In this document: in pieces, positions 59,500-64,000 of the stretch
Position numbering within the stretch: position 1 is the stretch's first letter
Layout of the letters: every line of letters begins with the position of its first letter
Origin: Azolla caroliniana
Lineage: Eukaryota > Plantae > Polypodiophyta
DNA length: 64,000 bases
Direction of reading: 5' to 3'
NCBI GenBank assembly: GCA_043228905.1
Contig: JBHGNT010000006.1
Span: 15,376,001-15,440,000, forward strand
Notes under the pieces: model-generated
What the model was told of the DNA's origin: nothing
Database searches by the model: none
Seen by the model: only the letters and a program-made list of their open reading frames with translations
Program-made: the position numbers and the translations under genes

Positions 59500-62103
59500 T
59501 CACGTAATGGTCCAAAAGTTCTTCTGACATACCAAGAGTTGCTCTTTTGGGTGAATGGAATCACCATTCACATAGATGTCGTGGATAGTCGTATTCCAAA
59601 GAAACTTTGGTGCAAGGGCTGATGCTGCTTGCACAGCTGATGATACATCTCGAATGATAATAAACCCCTGTATATTATATATATGCACCCAAATACCGTT
59701 CAGTGGACAATTTTGGCATATTAATGGTTGGCCTAACCAAAAAATATGCCTCTTGAATATAGATATATACATATGTATGTATATATGACATACATGCAGG
59801 AGGAATATGCAAACAAATGCAGGCATGTAGGAATGTACGTACGACATACATACATATATGCACGCATGTAGGTATGTAGGTATGTATATATATACATATA
59901 TATATATATATGGCATTGATAATTTGATGCCAATTTTCATTTCAGGGATTTAATTAATGCATCCCCAATTTGTTGAAACAAAAACTCAATGTTATACACG
60001 CATTCAATTTGTAGCTTCTTTCATTACAACGCCCATTTTATTTACCTTATTAATTATATGTATGTATGAACTCATCTGCTTTTTCTTTTTCAAAATAATC
60101 ATTATATATGTATTGCATCCATACTCAATGTCAATTTTCTATCAAAGCATATCATGTTATGCATCCCCAAATCTTGAAAGAAAAATGCTTCTACAATTTG
60201 TCATTTCATTGCCATCATAGAATTAATTATGCATTCCTGCTTAGATGTTTCCATGGCTTATAATAATGTTTCTTTTCTACCGACAATATTATTTCAAATG
60301 CATTTGCACACAGATTGGATGAGCCACACAACAAAAAATATTCATGAACTCATTTGACAAAGGTGCATTCATTTACCATTGGCCGCAACATTCGATCCAT
60401 CTCCAACATGATATCAATCATATGACAACCCTTTCTTTTGGCCGACAGAACTCGAAAAGCATGAAGAAGGTCATAGGTTCTAGGGTAGGTTGAAAATGAT
60501 TCACACCTGCCATTCCACCACATATTTTCAAGTATGAATGCAATAGCTACACCTAATCTGATTGTTTTTACTTTTGAGTGACACTTAAATGGTGCCGCAG
60601 TATAAGTAACCAACATGTAAGAAAGATGAATGGGAGATAACTGTCATGCAGTGTGTACAAAAGAAATTAGAAATTCAGATTGCAAACATTATATTCATCA
60701 GAGAACTAATCAATTTCAGATAAGTGTTTGTACTAAAGGGATTAATTTCAATTTTAAAACTGACAGATTTTAACTCACCAATCATGAAAAGTACCGATCA
60801 ACCCCCGATCATAGACTACAGGCAATGTATTTTTTCCTCCTGAAGGTACTACATTCATCACCCATAAGGGTTTATCTATTAAAGCTGATGCAAAACCACC
60901 ATAATATGCATTCATATCCATCACATTGTGAATATACGTCTCAGGAACATTTAAAATCCCCCAATAATAGGCAACTTGCTCCTTCCAAAATTCTGAATCT
61001 GCTTTAAACTGACTAAAGTTCCCACCTATTCCTGCAATCCTAATGAAATGTCAATATATACATTGTTCATGTTTATTCTTGGTATTATAAAAACACTGCA
61101 ACCTCAAAACTAATATAATAAGAATTTTTTATTTCCAATTCATTGATGGAACATGCCATCATCTATATATGATGGCTATCGGACAGACCAATGCCATATG
61201 TTTCTAAGACTAGAATATTTTGAGTCTGAATGTTCACTATATGTTTGTGCAGATGAGTAAGAACACGGAATACTGTATAGATTTTCATTATATCCTACTA
61301 ACAATGACCTTGAACGATCCTCTATTAACAGAAATAGAATATACAAGGCAATGCGTGCATACGTTGAAGCCTCTCAGGAGGTGTCCAGAGACGATCGGGC
61401 CAAGAAGGAAGAGGCTTGATATCTTCAATATCAACATATATGCAATCTTGCATAGGCTTGTTCCAAGGTTTGTCTGGATCATCTTTCGCATCACATAGGG
61501 AGACGTGATTTTTCTCGTGGTCAAGCCGACATGCGCGATCAGATGTTTTCTGCCATATTGCAGTTTGAACTTCACGGGCAATAAGCTTCCAGCACATTGA
61601 AGTTGTATAATTCATAATCAAGCTCCATTCATGAGGAAAATCTTTATCTGACCTGTAAGCTGGTGGAGCAGAGTATACAAAGTAGCCATTTGGTCTCAAG
61701 AGTCTATCAATTTCTTTCAATAGCACCCCATCTACAGTAAAGAAATGGAAAGGTTATCTCAGGAAAACTTACCTGTTATGACCATGTATTTTGCGTAGCT
61801 AAATAATGCTTACCAAATCGATGCCAATCAACTCGGCAACGTGAACAATGCACCAGCTCAAAGGATTTGCTTGGATATGGAAGGCGTCTGACAGCTAAAA
61901 CTGAAATCATAGCTAGAATGCCTCGCTCTAGAGCAAACTGAAGTTGATTTTCATGTTCATCTTTAGGTGCAAATGACATGGTTTGGATTCCCAGAGGCAG
62001 AAGATAGGCAGAAAAGCTTCCAACACCACAGCCAACATCCAATACCTGTACAACACCTGCTGTACTTAGTGTACCTTTCCCATTGTTTACCATCTTGCCT
62101 AGC
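59500..62103 (-). CDS. PMT-family SAM-dependent methyltransferase (Methyltransf_29, PMT6/7-like), 3' part. Exons 62103-61814, 61731-61363, 61031-60779, 60506-60377, 59667-59500
   Basis: [99 protein letters not shown] borders keep the frame. 5' exons not found in the window. Confidence 0.92.
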
Positions 62104-62509
62104 CTGAAAGAGAAAAAGAAAAAAAGATAAATTCATGTCTTTTAAGAGACCAAAATGTCCTATAAGACCAAACAACGATTATATCTTAAAATGTTATCTC
62201 GTCTTTGAGAACAACAAACCAAAATAAATATAACTACATACAAAATGGAAGTGACTAAAGAATCCCATTATCTATACATGTAATTCTCAAGTCAGATAGA
62301 TTCTAATTTTTCTGTTTGAAAAAACCCTGAGGAATGAATATGAAGTTCTTTGAATATAAATTTATGTGCCAACCATGGACAAAACCACATACAAGAAGGA
62401 CTATTAATTAAAACCAAGCAGAGAACATGTCATAAGATGCATGGCAGATTTTAAACAAAAAGGTTGTCATATATATTAAAATGATTGTTTCTGATGATAT
62501 TTTGGTAGA

Positions 62510-63660
62510 TCTCAAAGGGTTAGTATCTGCTTCTAAAATATAGGCAAAGCTGAAGGTTACATATGAAAACAGTACGCCTGTTAATCAAGTACACCTAATG
62601 CGAAAGCTTGTTGGTGTAAAAGTAAACGTGTGGAAGCGTTAGACAGAACCGGCTCAGCCGGATAGCAACAGAGAATAAGAGGTTTAATGGAGAATAAGAG
62701 GTTTAAGAGAAGATCATGGAAAATGACAAAAGGTTCAAGGCTGATTGTGAAAGGCACAAAGAAGGGAGCTCTTTATTGCTTACATGGAAATGCTATATCG
62801 AGCAAATTCATTGCTTTGGCTGAAGTTCACTCCCATATGGAGTTGTGGCATAAGAGATTTGGCCATATGAGCCAAAAGGGTCTCACTAGGCTTTGTAACC
62901 TAAAGAAGCTTGATTTTTGTAATGAATGCCAATATGGAAAACAAGTGAAGCATTCCTTTTACTTTGATGTGTCTCGTAAGTCTTATGTACTTGATCTTGT
63001 TCATTCTGATGTGTGTAGCATGCCCACCAAATCTATGGGGGGTGCAATGTATTTTATCTCATTTGTTGATGATTTCTCTAGAAAAATTTGGGTTCAATTG
63101 CTTAAATCTAAGGATGAAGCCTTAACTGCATTTAAGCGTTTTCATGCATTTGTAACCACCCAAATCAGTAGAAAATTGAAATGTTTGCGTACGGACAATG
63201 GTGGTGAGTATACATGTGCTGAATTCAAGAAATTTTGTGAAATTTTGGGTATTAAGAGGGATCTTACTGTTCCATACAGCCCCTCTTCTAATGGTGTGGC
63301 TGAACGATATAACAGGACACTTTGCGATAGAGTGAGATGCATACTATCCACCACTAATCTCCCTCATGGATTTTGGGGAGAGGCACTCAAAACTGCAGTA
63401 CATGTATGCAATTGATCCCCTCACACATCTTTAAAAGGTGACATCCCTGAAGAGGTTTGGTCTAGCAAACCTGCATCATATGATCACTTACGTGTCTTTG
63501 GCTGCGAGGCTTTTGTACATATAAGGCCTGAGCTGAGAAACAAACTTGATGGCAAGTCCAATAAGGGCCTCTTCATGGGATATGATGAAAAAGGCGAAAT
63601 GGGTTATACGATTTGGATACCCCAGCTCAAGAAGGTTATACGCAGCATTGATAAAGGTCC
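62510..63660 (+). pseudogene. Copia gag/integrase fragment, apparently inside a PMT intron
   Basis: ORF 62687-63415: LWHKRFGHMS, LVHSDV, LRTDNGGEY, NGVAERYNRTL, FWGEA; gag-like VHLMRKLV upstream. Confidence 0.88.
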
Positions 63661-64000
63661 ACACATCACAGAACCCTACGGATGTACTAAACCAAGTGCT
63701 TACCCAAAGCACAACATCAGATATGTATACAAATGGTGGGAGTCACATAGCTTAAAGGCGTCATTTATGCCTTTAAGTAGGAGGTTGTTGGGTTAAAGGC
63801 CCTAAATGACCTCCTTATAATGTGTGCACATGTGTATATGCTTATTTATAAAGGCCAAAAGTCACTCATCACCTTTTCATTATTTTTGGGCCAAGTTCAG
63901 TGTGAACTTGGCCAACCCTAAATGGGTCTGATAAAACATAAGTTAAAAACTTTTGGATCTCACTTCAAAGGTGAGCTCCTCCAACTACTCCTCTCTCTCT

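Overview
Land-plant nuclear DNA. About 55 kb is nested LTR retrotransposons; the right end holds the 3' five exons of a PMT-family (Methyltransf_29) methyltransferase gene on the minus strand. An old minus-strand Ty1/copia element (LTRs 1501-2465 and 49825-50288) has grown to about 49 kb by nesting. It contains four Athila-like, non-chromovirus Ty3/gypsy elements, each with an extra 3' ORF: A 5493-15354, D 15553-25427, C 28725-49747, and B 29477-39115 inside C. It also contains a young 3.5-kb gag-only element with a tRNA-Trp primer site (44768-48267) and several solo LTRs. Main observations: (1) none of the four gypsy elements has a polypurine tract before the 3' LTR; that position instead holds a conserved copy of a tRNA-Arg 3' end, i.e. 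a second, antisense primer-binding site, suggesting tRNA-primed plus-strand synthesis. (2) Every element with TGTCG...CGACA ends whose two flanks are visible sits in a 4-bp duplication centred on CG. (3) LTRs of that group carry tRNA-like Pol III A/B boxes. tRNA identities and family names are from recall, not from database searches.
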